A stretch of DNA of 57,947 bases, from contig JAISMK010000060.1 of NCBI GenBank assembly GCA_031276785.1, forward strand, positions 1-57,947. The letters are read 5' to 3'. A program made the translations under genes and the position numbers. This document shows, in pieces, positions 49,321-57,947 of the stretch. The notes under the pieces are model-generated. The model searched no databases, was not told where the DNA came from, and worked only from the letters and a program-made list of their open reading frames with translations. This DNA is from Desulfovibrio sp. (GTDB lineage: Bacteria; Desulfobacterota; Desulfovibrionia; Desulfovibrionales; Desulfovibrionaceae). Numbering within the stretch: position 1 is the first letter of the stretch; every line of letters starts with the position of its first letter.

Positions 49321-50089
49321 CGAGGGTATCGGGAATGTCCCAAGTCTGAATGGTGTTTGCCAGTTCCGTCACGGCCCTGCAAGCGGGGCCGCCGGCATCC
49401 TGAACACAAAAAGGCTTCTGGGCGATGACCGCCTTGCGCACTTGGGGATCCCGGGGGACCATGCCTGCGAAATCCAGGGCAACGCCGGCCAGAAAGTGAT
49501 CGCAGGCCTTGTACAGTCGGCTGAAGACCTCCCTGGCCGCCTTGGCGTCCGGAGCCAGGTTAACAAGAATCCGGAAATCATGCACCCCGTGATTCTGCTG
49601 CATAACTTTGATCAGGGCATAGGCGTCCGTCAGGGAGGTAGGCTCCGGGGTCAGGACCACAATCCGTTCCTGGGCGGCCAGGTTGAAATAGAGGACATTA
49701 TCGTTGATGCCGGCCCCGGTGTCCACAATGAGGTAGTCCAGATCGGCCTCCAATTCGTCCATGGCCTCCAGCAGGGTGATTTTCTGGCCGGCGGACAGGG
49801 AGAGCATCTCGCTGACCCCGGAGGCCGCGGGGAGAATGCGGAACCCGAAGGGGGTCTCCAGAATCACGTCCGCCAGGGAGGCCCCTTCGTGGAACAGATG
49901 AAACAGGTTGTGCCGGGGCGCCAGACCGAGCAGGACATCCACATTGGCAAGCCCCAGATCGGCATCCAGCAGAACCACGCGCTTTCCTACCCGGGCAAGG
50001 CAGCAGGCGAGGTTTACCGCGAGATTGGTTTTGCCAACGCCGCCCTTGCCGGAGGTAACTGAAAAGACCAGGGGAAAGCCCGTTTTCAT
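49274..50089 (-). CDS. flhG: MinD-like ATPase FlhG/FleN
   Basis: SGKGGVGKT, DADLGLANVD, DTGAG, TPEPTSLTDAYALIK. Confidence 0.95.
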   Translation of the reverse strand: MKTGFPLVFSVTSGKGGVGKTNLAVNLACCLARVGKRVVLLDADLGLANVDVLLGLAPRHNLFHLFHEGASLADVILETPFGFRILPAASGVSEMLSLSAGQKITLLEAMDELEADLDYLIVDTGAGINDNVLYFNLAAQERIVVLTPEPTSLTDAYALIKVMQQNHGVHDFRILVNLAPDAKAAREVFSRLYKACDHFLAGVALDFAGMVPRDPQVRKAVIAQKPFCVQDAGGPACRAVTELANTIQTWDIPDTLDGNIKFFWKRLLFRA

Positions 50090-50276
50090 AACTGTTTCTC
50101 CAAATATTTAGGCGTGTTAACTTTTTATTATACATCCGGCCCTAGCCCGCGTTTGCCAGCGCTGATAAATTGCGCTCGGGCCTCCGCCGGCGGCCGGAAC
50201 AGCCTGCCTGCTCAACGGCGATTAACGTTTGCAACAGTTCTCTTGTGGCGGGCAAAGCCGCCTGCTCCTGTTGTTG

Positions 50277-51347
50277 TTAAGGCAATTCTTTTTTAAACAG
50301 GAGCCGCCAGAGCGTTATATCCCGGGCCGGCGCCAGGGAACCGCCCAGGCCAGGGCCGTAGGACAGGGCGGAGATCGGCAGGCCCGTAGCCAGGGCCGCG
50401 TTGACCATCTGCCCGAAATGTTCCGCCTCATCCAGCTTGGTCCAGACAAGGCTGCCCGGCAGGCCGGAAGCATAGCGTTCCAGAAGGCCGGCCAGAATTT
50501 TCTCGCCGTAATGCGGCTCAAGGACAAGGTGGACGGCGGCCTTGGCCGGCGCCTCCAAAAGACCGGCATCCGCCAGCAGGGTCTTCAGGAATGTCCGCCG
50601 GGCCAGGCCCGGCAGATCCAGAAAAATCCGATCATATCTTTCCTTTTCCGCGTTAAGTAGGCAGGAGGCCAGTTCCACTGTGCTGGCGGCCTCCCGGTAG
50701 TCCATGTCGGAAAGTTCCGCGTAGTGGCGCAGAAAAAGCCTGCCGCTTCCCCGCGTGGCATCGGCGTTGACCAAACAGATACGCAGGCCGGGGGATTCCT
50801 TGCGCAACAGCAGGGCCATGCGCAGAGCCACGGAAGTCTTGCCCGCGCCGAAAGGCCCGGCCAGGATCTGAACGGGTTGGGGCCACCCGGCCAGGCTCCA
50901 GGGCCGGATTAGGACCATCTCGCCCAGAGGGGCCAGGATGGAGGCCGCGGGATCGGCCTTGAGGCGGGAAAACAGATCCAGCATAGCCCGGTCGTCCACC
51001 CCTTCGCGCTGCAGGAATTCCAGAGCCAGCCGCTGGCGGGGGGGCAGATCCCCCAGCTTCAGGGCCGGCTTCATCAGGGCCAGGAGATGGGTCCGGATAT
51101 GGTTCCACTCTTCCAGCCAGAGCATCTGTTCCGTCTGTCCCCCGGCCGGCGGGGAAAGAGCGTCCCTGGCGGCGCGGCCGGGGAGGGACGCGCCGGGGGC
51201 CGCCGGGGCCGGCTCCCGGGCCGCCGTCATGCGGACCAGGCCGTCTTCCTCGCTGGTTTCCAGGATAACGGCCTCAGGGCCGAAATCCTCCCGGATCTGA
51301 GCCAGAACGGCGCCGGCGCTACGGGCGCTGAAGGTTTTGATCTGCAT
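50277..51347 (-). CDS. flhF: SRP-family GTPase FlhF
   Basis: MQIKTF..., GPFGAGKT, TKLDE; lies between flhA and flhG. Confidence 0.88.
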   Translation of the reverse strand: MQIKTFSARSAGAVLAQIREDFGPEAVILETSEEDGLVRMTAAREPAPAAPGASLPGRAARDALSPPAGGQTEQMLWLEEWNHIRTHLLALMKPALKLGDLPPRQRLALEFLQREGVDDRAMLDLFSRLKADPAASILAPLGEMVLIRPWSLAGWPQPVQILAGPFGAGKTSVALRMALLLRKESPGLRICLVNADATRGSGRLFLRHYAELSDMDYREAASTVELASCLLNAEKERYDRIFLDLPGLARRTFLKTLLADAGLLEAPAKAAVHLVLEPHYGEKILAGLLERYASGLPGSLVWTKLDEAEHFGQMVNAALATGLPISALSYGPGLGGSLAPARDITLWRLLFKKELP

Positions 51348-53485
51348 CAGTCAACTCCTGCGTTCCCCACGGAAGAAAGGCGGATATCCGGCGGGATTTC
51401 AGCCTGGGACAGGACGGGAACGGAAGGCAGGAAACGTAGAACCAGTTGGGCCAGATGGGGCCGCACCTGAGGCGAAACCAGGAGTACGGGCTGGCCGTCC
51501 GTGTTCACGGCCAGTTCCACAGTTTGGCTGATCCGCTGCATCAGCCGCTGGGCAAGGCCGGGCGACAAGGCCAGGAAAACTCCGTTGTCAGTCTGACGGA
51601 CGGATTCTTGTAAGGTTTGTTCGGCTTTGGGATCAAGCGTAATGATGGGCAAGGCGCCCTTGCTGTCCAGGTAAGGCTTGACGATGGTACGGCACAGGCG
51701 TTCCCGCACATACTCGGTGAGCGTCTCCGCGTTTTTGACCAGCAGACCGTTGTCGGCCAGAACCTCCACGATGGTCAGCAGGTCGCGTATGGAAACGTTT
51801 TCACGCAGCAGATTCTGCAGCACCTTCTGGACAACGCCCAGAGGCAGAACGCCGGGCACCAGTTCCTCCACCGCCTTGGGCGCGGTCTTGGCCAGGTTGT
51901 CCAGAAGGCTCTGTACCTCCTGGCGTCCCAGGAATTCGCCCAGATAGCGGCGAAAAATTTCCGTCAGGTGGGTGGCGATGACCGTGGAGGGGTCCACCAC
52001 GGCGTATCCGGCCAAAGTGGCCTCTTCCTTGCGGGCTTCGGGTATCCACAGGGCCGGCATGTTGAAGGCTGGTTCGCGGGTTTCCACGCCCTGGACGGGC
52101 TGTTTGACGTTGCCCGGATCCATGGCCAGGACATGATCGACCAGGATTTCCGCCGAGGCCACCTCATTGCCCTTGATGATCAGGCGGTATTGGCCGGGCT
52201 TGAGCTGCAGGTTGTCGTGCAGGTGCAGGGAAGGCAGCACCACGCCCATATCCAGGGCGAACTGGCGGCGGATGGAGCGGATGCGCGAGAGCAGGTTGCC
52301 ATTCTGGTTTTCATCCACCAGAGGCACCAGGCCGTAGCCCACTTCCAGTTCCAGAACATCCAGGGGCAAAAGGGCCTGCACTCCTTCCGGAGTATCCAGG
52401 CTGCCTTCGGGGACGGCCTCCGCCCCGGACGCGCCTGTGGGCAGTGAACGGGGACCGGCCGGCGATCCTGCGCGGCCTGTTTCCGGGGCGGTCTTGTCGT
52501 TCCGGGTGATGTAGGCCAGCAGGAAGAGGGACCCCCCGAGGGTCAGGAAGGGCAGAGTGGGCAGATTGGGCACCAGGGCAAACAGGGTCAGAACGCCGCC
52601 GGCCATCCTTAGAGCGCGCGCGTTGTTGGTCAACTGGCCTATGAATTCCTCGCCCATTTTGGCTTCGGCCGCGGCGCGGGAGACAATGATGCCCGCCGCC
52701 GTCGAGGTGATGATGGAAGGTATGGTGGCCACCAGGCCGTCCCCGATGGTCAGCAGGGTATAAGTGTGCAGGGCGTCCATCCAGGACATGTCCTTTTGCA
52801 GCATGCCTATTAGCACGCCGCCAATGACGTTGATCATGGTGATGAGCATGCCTGCGGTCACGTCCCCCTGCACGAACTTGCCGGCGCCGTCCATGGCGCC
52901 GTAAAAATCCGCCTCCCGCCGGATGTTGCTTCTCCTGCGGGTGGCTTCCTTTTCATCGATCAGCCCGGCGTTGAGGTCCGCTTCAATGGCCATCTGCTTG
53001 CCGGGCATGGCGTCCAGGGTGAAACGGGCGGCCACTTCGGCTATGCGCGTGGTGCCGGTGGTGATGACCACCTTGTTCAGGATGAACAGGATGATGAAGA
53101 TAACCGCCCCGATGATATAGCTGCCGCCCACCACGAATTCACCGAAGGCCTGAATGACCGAGCCGGCCGCGTCCGTGCCTTTGTCTCCGTTCAGCAGAAT
53201 CAGTCTGGTGGAAGCCACGTTCAGTCCAAGCCGCAGAAGGGTGGTGACCAGAAGCAGGGAGGGGAAGATGGAAAATTCCAGGGGGGACATCATGAACATG
53301 GCGGTGATGAGAATTAGCAGCGACAGGGATATGGACAGGCAGAGCATGAGATCCAGCACCAGGGTGGGCATGGGGACAAGCATGACCATGAGGATGATCA
53401 CCACCCCGCCGGCCAGCAGAAAATCGCCCTGCCGGGCGAAACGCTCGTAAGGAATAGAGGGGAGGGCCGCGGTTTTGTCCGCCAT
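51347..53485 (-). CDS. flhA: Flagellar export protein FlhA
   Basis: RIAEVAARFTLDAMPGKQMAIEADL, FYGAMDGAGKFV. Confidence 0.97.
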   Translation of the reverse strand: MADKTAALPSIPYERFARQGDFLLAGGVVIILMVMLVPMPTLVLDLMLCLSISLSLLILITAMFMMSPLEFSIFPSLLLVTTLLRLGLNVASTRLILLNGDKGTDAAGSVIQAFGEFVVGGSYIIGAVIFIILFILNKVVITTGTTRIAEVAARFTLDAMPGKQMAIEADLNAGLIDEKEATRRRSNIRREADFYGAMDGAGKFVQGDVTAGMLITMINVIGGVLIGMLQKDMSWMDALHTYTLLTIGDGLVATIPSIITSTAAGIIVSRAAAEAKMGEEFIGQLTNNARALRMAGGVLTLFALVPNLPTLPFLTLGGSLFLLAYITRNDKTAPETGRAGSPAGPRSLPTGASGAEAVPEGSLDTPEGVQALLPLDVLELEVGYGLVPLVDENQNGNLLSRIRSIRRQFALDMGVVLPSLHLHDNLQLKPGQYRLIIKGNEVASAEILVDHVLAMDPGNVKQPVQGVETREPAFNMPALWIPEARKEEATLAGYAVVDPSTVIATHLTEIFRRYLGEFLGRQEVQSLLDNLAKTAPKAVEELVPGVLPLGVVQKVLQNLLRENVSIRDLLTIVEVLADNGLLVKNAETLTEYVRERLCRTIVKPYLDSKGALPIITLDPKAEQTLQESVRQTDNGVFLALSPGLAQRLMQRISQTVELAVNTDGQPVLLVSPQVRPHLAQLVLRFLPSVPVLSQAEIPPDIRLSSVGNAGVD

Positions 53486-53546
53486 GATCTTGACGCCTTC
53501 TATGGCCGCCGGCGTCAAGGGAATGACGGCTCAGCGGGCTGAGGGG

Positions 53547-53603
53547 GATTTGCAAACAAATCCTTGCAGAGCGGTCCAACTTTTTCAAAGTTGAACTGCT
53601 CTA
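53547..53603. repeat. Family A repeat, partial
   Basis: ggatttgc..caaatccttgcagagcggtccaactttttcaaagttgaactgctcta; contains the flhB stop. Confidence 0.75.
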
Positions 53604-54674
53604 AAGCCGGCGGCCTTTGGGGGGGCGGGTTTTCCAGATCTGGGCCAGAATGGCCGCCACTGCCTGGAATAGCTCCGCCGGGATGGTGTCGCCGATCTGC
53701 GTCTGCTTATACAAAGCCCGTGCCAAAGGCACGTTTTCCCGCAGGGGAACGCCATGCTCTCTGGCGATATCCTTTATTTTCTGAGCAATAAGATCCGCCC
53801 CTTTGGCCACCACCACCGGGGCTGGCGCCGCCTCCGGGTCATAACGCAGGGCCACGGCGATATGGGTCGGGTTGGTGATGACCACATCGGCCCTAGGAAC
53901 CTCCTGCATGATGCGATTCATGGACATGCGCATCATTTCCTGGCGCAGCTTCATCTTGACCTTGGGGTCGCCCTCGCGCTGGCGATATTCGTCCTTGACC
54001 TCGTCCTTGCTCATGCGCAGGTTTCTCTTGTAGCTCCAGCGGGAAAACCAGACGTCCCCCACCGCCAGGATCAGCATGGGCAAAAGAGCGTACAGGACAA
54101 TGCGCCCCCCCACAGTGAGAATGTATACGGCCACTTGGGTGGCGTTCATATAATACAGGGTGACAAAGCGGGGCATTTCCTCCCGGATGACCAGGTAGGG
54201 GGCGATGCCGATGAACAGGGCCTGGGCCAGGCTTTTACCCAGGCGGGCGAAGGTGCCGGGCGAAAACAGCATGCGTTTCAGGCCCTGGACGGGGTTGAGC
54301 TTGGAAAGGTTAAACTTGAAAGGCTCCGTGGTCCAGAGCTTGCCCACCTGGATGCGTAAGGTCAGATAAACGGCCAGACCGACGAAAAGGATGACGGGCA
54401 GGACCATCTTGGCCAGTTCCACGGCCAGCCAGGAGGCCAGGGCGGTCATGTTGGCAGGGTTGGCTGTGAAGGAGGGGGAAGGAGACAGAAAAAAGCGGAA
54501 AATACCCATCATGTCCCGGGCGATGAAACTGGTCCAGAAGGTCAGCACAATCAGCCCGGCCAGCACGGAGATGGTTTTGACGCTTTCCTGCGACTTGGCG
54601 ACGTTCCCTTTTTTGCGGGCCTTGTTGATCCGCTGGGGGGTCGCCTCTTCTGTTTTGCTCGGATCAAAGGCCAT
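53601..54674 (-). CDS. flhB: Flagellar export protein FlhB
   Basis: KTEEATP, EGDP, ITNPTH autocleavage motif. Confidence 0.97.
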   Translation of the reverse strand: MAFDPSKTEEATPQRINKARKKGNVAKSQESVKTISVLAGLIVLTFWTSFIARDMMGIFRFFLSPSPSFTANPANMTALASWLAVELAKMVLPVILFVGLAVYLTLRIQVGKLWTTEPFKFNLSKLNPVQGLKRMLFSPGTFARLGKSLAQALFIGIAPYLVIREEMPRFVTLYYMNATQVAVYILTVGGRIVLYALLPMLILAVGDVWFSRWSYKRNLRMSKDEVKDEYRQREGDPKVKMKLRQEMMRMSMNRIMQEVPRADVVITNPTHIAVALRYDPEAAPAPVVVAKGADLIAQKIKDIAREHGVPLRENVPLARALYKQTQIGDTIPAELFQAVAAILAQIWKTRPPKGRRL

Positions 54675-54701
54675 GCCGTTGTCCTGTTGTCTTCAAATCC
54701 T

Positions 54702-54827
54702 TAGAGCGTTTTACGCTTGAAATGCTTGCTTAACGGCGGGCAAAGCCCGCCTACAAGCATTTCGCGGCAAGGATTTGCGAGCAAATCCTTGCGGAGCAGT
54801 CCAACTTTTAAAAGTTAAACTGCTCTA
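54702..54827. repeat. Family A repeat, full length (inverted)
   Basis: tagagcg...tgctcta termini, three internal hairpins. Confidence 0.85.
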
Positions 54828-54918
54828 GCGCGAGATGATTGCAGGCACCCGCGCGGCCGCGCCGCTTCCGGAACGGTTCTGCAAAAAACGTGCTGGGCGG
54901 GGATAAAGGCGGAAAGGG

Positions 54919-55698
54919 CTACTGACCGCGGCGCATGAGGTTGTCCAGCAGGGGGCCTGTCTGGATGATGGTGTCTTCCATGCGCAGGGCGATGATGGAG
55001 AAGATCATCCCGATGAAGAAAAACCCCACGGCAATCTTCAGAGGGAAACCCAGAGTGAGCAGGTTCATCTGCGGAGCGGCTCGCCCCATGAGGGCCAGAG
55101 CCAGTTCCACCATGAACAGGGCGGCGATGATCGGCCCGGCTATCTGCACGGCCACGGAGAACATGCCGGCGGAAAGCTCCAGAACGCTTCCGGCCAGAGG
55201 CCCGCCCACCGTCAGTCCCCCCGGCGGAATCAGGGCGAAGGAGCCGGCCAGGCCCCGCAGCAGCGCCAGATGGCCGTCCAGAGCCAGAAAAATGAGCAGG
55301 GCGACCATGTACAGAAGATGCGAGGTGATGCTCACCTGGGCGCCGGACTGGGGATCGGCCAGGGTGACCATGGTGAAGCCCATCTGAAAGCCCATGATTT
55401 CTCCCCCTGTCTGGATGCCGGCGAAGATAAAGGCCACGGACAGGCCCAGCAGCAGCCCCAGAACCAGCTCTTTCAGCAGGACCACGGCTATGCCCCAGGG
55501 GTGGGCGGGCATCAGCTCGCCGGGAAAGGACAGCTGGGGCCACAGGGCCAGGGTCAGCACCAGGCAGATGCAGGCCTTGACCGTGGCCGGGAGAGTCTCG
55601 CCGCCGTAAAAGGGCAGGAGGAACACTACCAGACTGATGCGCATCAGAGTCAGCAGAAAACTGAACAGGGTAGCGGGATTGAAAGAGAAAATCTCCAT
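54919..55698 (-). CDS. fliR: Flagellar export protein FliR
   Basis: GFQMGF, DGHL, RAAPQMNL..GFPLKI. Confidence 0.95.
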   Translation of the reverse strand: MEIFSFNPATLFSFLLTLMRISLVVFLLPFYGGETLPATVKACICLVLTLALWPQLSFPGELMPAHPWGIAVVLLKELVLGLLLGLSVAFIFAGIQTGGEIMGFQMGFTMVTLADPQSGAQVSITSHLLYMVALLIFLALDGHLALLRGLAGSFALIPPGGLTVGGPLAGSVLELSAGMFSVAVQIAGPIIAALFMVELALALMGRAAPQMNLLTLGFPLKIAVGFFFIGMIFSIIALRMEDTIIQTGPLLDNLMRRGQ

Positions 55699-55883
55699 GA
55701 GCGGGACTATGCAGGAAAGATGCCGGCTTGTGAAGTTCGATCCGGTTGTCTTGACAAACGAGCCTGTGGTAATCTATGCAAGCGGAAAATGCTTCAGGAT
55801 TGCTCTGACGGCGAAAACGCGAAGCGCCGCCGGCGGGAAAGCCGGCCAAGATCGCTTCCGCCCGGAGCGCGCGCGCTGGCCGC

Positions 55884-55978
55884 GGAGAGGTGTCCGAGCC
55901 GGCTGAAGGAGCTCGCCTGCTAAGCGAGTGTACGGGCTTAAACCTGTACCGAGAGTTCAAATCTCTCCCTCTCCGCCA
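55884..55978 (+). tRNA. tRNA-Ser(GCT)
   Basis: Acceptor ggagagg/cctctcc, anticodon arm ctcgc-ctGCTaa-gcgag, long variable arm, CCA. Confidence 0.95.
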
Positions 55979-55985
55979 AAAATTA

Positions 55986-56032
55986 AGAAAACCGGTGAGT
56001 TGCCAGCAAAGCGACTCGCCGGTTTTCTGTTT
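55986..56032 (+). terminator. Rho-independent terminator after tRNA-Ser
   Basis: agaaaaccggtgagttgc / gcgactcgccggttttct stem followed by T-rich tail. Confidence 0.7.
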
Positions 56033-56403
56033 GGATGTCAGGTCAGGAGTAAAGACAGTTTCCGCTTGTGCATACTTTAGGGTTCCACATTTTTGATTCT
56101 CCTTTCAAAAAACGAGAATCTACTCCTGCAAGGGGCGGTACACGAAACGGCAACGATTTTCATGCCGTTGTCGTTCGGCGGCGAAACGACTTCAGCGCAT
56201 AGTCAATATATCATTTTTAGCTATTTAAATCCAGACGTTATGGCAATTTTTTGTTGGATGTGGGAAAAAGTGCGGCCGCGTTTCGGATTCTGAAACACGG
56301 TTGCGGCAGTATAAAAAAATTGACTTTGGTTCATCGCTTCACATTGGAAGAATTTTGTTTGCATTGCCGCCAGCGTACGATCTGGAAACACGGGGAAAAC
56401 GCC

Positions 56404-57450
56404 ATGCCCAAAAAACTGGCCGAGGCCACAGCAACCCACAAGACCCTGCTGTTGTTCGCGCAGCTCCTCTTTTCAGGCAGACGGCTCTGGCTTATCGAAC
56501 TGGCGGAGCAGTTTCACTGCTCGAAGGCCACCATCATGCGGATGATGGGAACCATTGAAGTCTCCGGCGTGGCGGAAATCGAGACGGGCATCGAAAGCAG
56601 CGGACAATTCAGAGGAAGGCGCTGGTATCAGTTGAAAAATCTGCCGGGAACGCCGCATATCGGCCTGACGCGGGATGAGGTGGAAAAGTTGTCCTTCTGC
56701 CGGGATTTGCTGCAACGCCTTCTGCCGGAGGGTATTGAACGAGTCATCGCCGAAGGCGTCGCCAAGGTGTCCACCCTGATGGCGCATGCCGCGGAGCGGG
56801 GAGAGGCGACTTTGCCCAAAGCCGCCCGCGTGGCTTGGGGGAGCATTGATTACACCCCGTTTCAGACCCACATGGAAACCCTGCTCAGGGCCGTTCCTTC
56901 TCATACGGTGTGCGCTGTGGAATACCGCGAGGTGGAATACAAGTTTCCCGACAGCGGACTGCAACGGTACGAGTTCGTCCCGGTGCGCCTGACCGCCGAG
57001 GAAGAGGCGCTGAACGCGGAGGGCTGGCTGGTGACGGGCAAGGGAAAGCCGCAAACAAAGCATCCGCTGACCCTGGCCATCCATCGCATCTGCTCCTGCG
57101 TTCCGACGCGCCGCGTCCTGGACGCTTGCCCGCCCCTGCCGGAACGCCAGGGGGCCTTCGGTCTGGTAGGCTACGAAGCCTTCTCCGTCCGCATCGTCTT
57201 TGACGAGGTGTTTAGCGGCTACATCCGGGAACGCATATGGAGCGAGGATCAGGAGATTGTCGTCCTGCCGGACGGCGGAACGGAACTGCGCTTTCAGGCC
57301 GCCGACAGCGACGAACTCATCGGTTGGCTGTTCAGCTTCGGCAACGGCGCGGAGCTGCTGGAACCGGAATATTTGCGCTTACAGATCAGGGAAGAGCTGG
57401 AAGATATGCTGGGTATGTACGCTGGAGGAGAAGGGGAAGGCGGAGAGTGA
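56404..57450 (+). CDS. HTH-WYL-WCX transcriptional regulator (PafB/C-like)
   Basis: N-terminal HTH (ELAEQFHCSKATIMR), divergent WYL core, WCX YIRERIWS.DQ...ELIGWLFSFG..AELLEP..LR. Confidence 0.85.
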   Translation: MPKKLAEATATHKTLLLFAQLLFSGRRLWLIELAEQFHCSKATIMRMMGTIEVSGVAEIETGIESSGQFRGRRWYQLKNLPGTPHIGLTRDEVEKLSFCRDLLQRLLPEGIERVIAEGVAKVSTLMAHAAERGEATLPKAARVAWGSIDYTPFQTHMETLLRAVPSHTVCAVEYREVEYKFPDSGLQRYEFVPVRLTAEEEALNAEGWLVTGKGKPQTKHPLTLAIHRICSCVPTRRVLDACPPLPERQGAFGLVGYEAFSVRIVFDEVFSGYIRERIWSEDQEIVVLPDGGTELRFQAADSDELIGWLFSFGNGAELLEPEYLRLQIREELEDMLGMYAGGEGEGGE

Positions 57451-57505
57451 CTCCGTTGTCCGCCGGGCATCGCGTGGGTTGCGGCGGGAATCCGCACAAG
57501 GGACG

Positions 57506-57829
57506 TCAGCGTCCGGCAAGAATGTTGACCAGCCGGTAGACGATGCGCATGTCCCTGAGGGGCAGTTGGGGAAGGGCGGCGACCAGTTCGGCCAGCAGTT
57601 CCTCCCGGCTCCGCTCGTGTTCGGTTTCGAGAATATCCCGCAAAGGCAGGCCAAGCGCCTCGGCGATGTCGGTCAGGCATTGAACGGAGGCGTTGACGGT
57701 CCCCCGCTCGATTTTTCCCAGGTGCTTCACGCTCATCCCGGCCCTTTCCGCCAGAGCGTCCTGGGAGAGTTCCCGGCTGAGGCGCAGGGAACGGATGCGC
57801 AGACCGAGGCTCTTGCTGATCTTGTCCAC
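57506..57829 (-). CDS. XRE-family HTH transcriptional regulator
   Basis: LGLRIRSLR...LSQDALAERAGMS...LGKIERG..N.S...L..IAEALG; RBS aaggaag. Confidence 0.9.
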   Translation of the reverse strand: MDKISKSLGLRIRSLRLSRELSQDALAERAGMSVKHLGKIERGTVNASVQCLTDIAEALGLPLRDILETEHERSREELLAELVAALPQLPLRDMRIVYRLVNILAGR

Positions 57830-57947
57830 GAAACTTCCTTCTTTACTGAAAATAAGGAAGTATACGCCATAAATTTTGCTTGAATAGAGCCGATAAGCCT
57901 TGACAGCTTATAAAAAAGAACCTATCGGTTTGCTCGGGAATGGGGAG

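Overview
GC-rich chromosomal window, most likely from a Desulfovibrionaceae-type deltaproteobacterium (inferred from gene content and flagellar gene order). Left to right it holds: a tyrosine phosphatase, an EF-hand protein and a small HTH gene; a minus-strand cluster of exported proteins built around a TPR-CHAT protease and a DUF4384 protein; a (GA)24 tract; tRNA-Leu(CAA); two divergent, probably sigma54-driven catabolic operons (family III CoA-transferase, BrnQ, Kal/Acl-like ammonia lyase and amidohydrolase versus amidohydrolase, membrane protein, two nitrilase-family enzymes, SSS transporter and M20 hydrolase); BON and EAL-HDOD genes; a structured ~195-nt leader before phnX-like and Fe-ADH genes; surface-glycan genes; proC; a CoA-activase; V4R and GGDEF genes; tRNA-Leu(TAG); metF; a GT9; a frameshifted IS110/IS1111 element; the fliR-flhB-flhA-flhF-flhG-fliA-cheY-fliL cluster; tRNA-Ser(GCT); and the start of a probable island (WYL, XRE). 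Two MITE-like repeat families are dispersed throughout. Highlights: (1) an RKTRDLVFE peptide shared by the CHAT protease and DUF4384 (three copies), plus an in-frame low-GC patch covering the CHAT catalytic core; (2) an IS1111 element whose bridge/seekRNA guide segments can be read directly and target the resident MITE; (3) an unassigned structured RNA upstream of a phosphonatase/Fe-ADH pair lacking phnW. All calls are by eye from motifs; no database searches were run.
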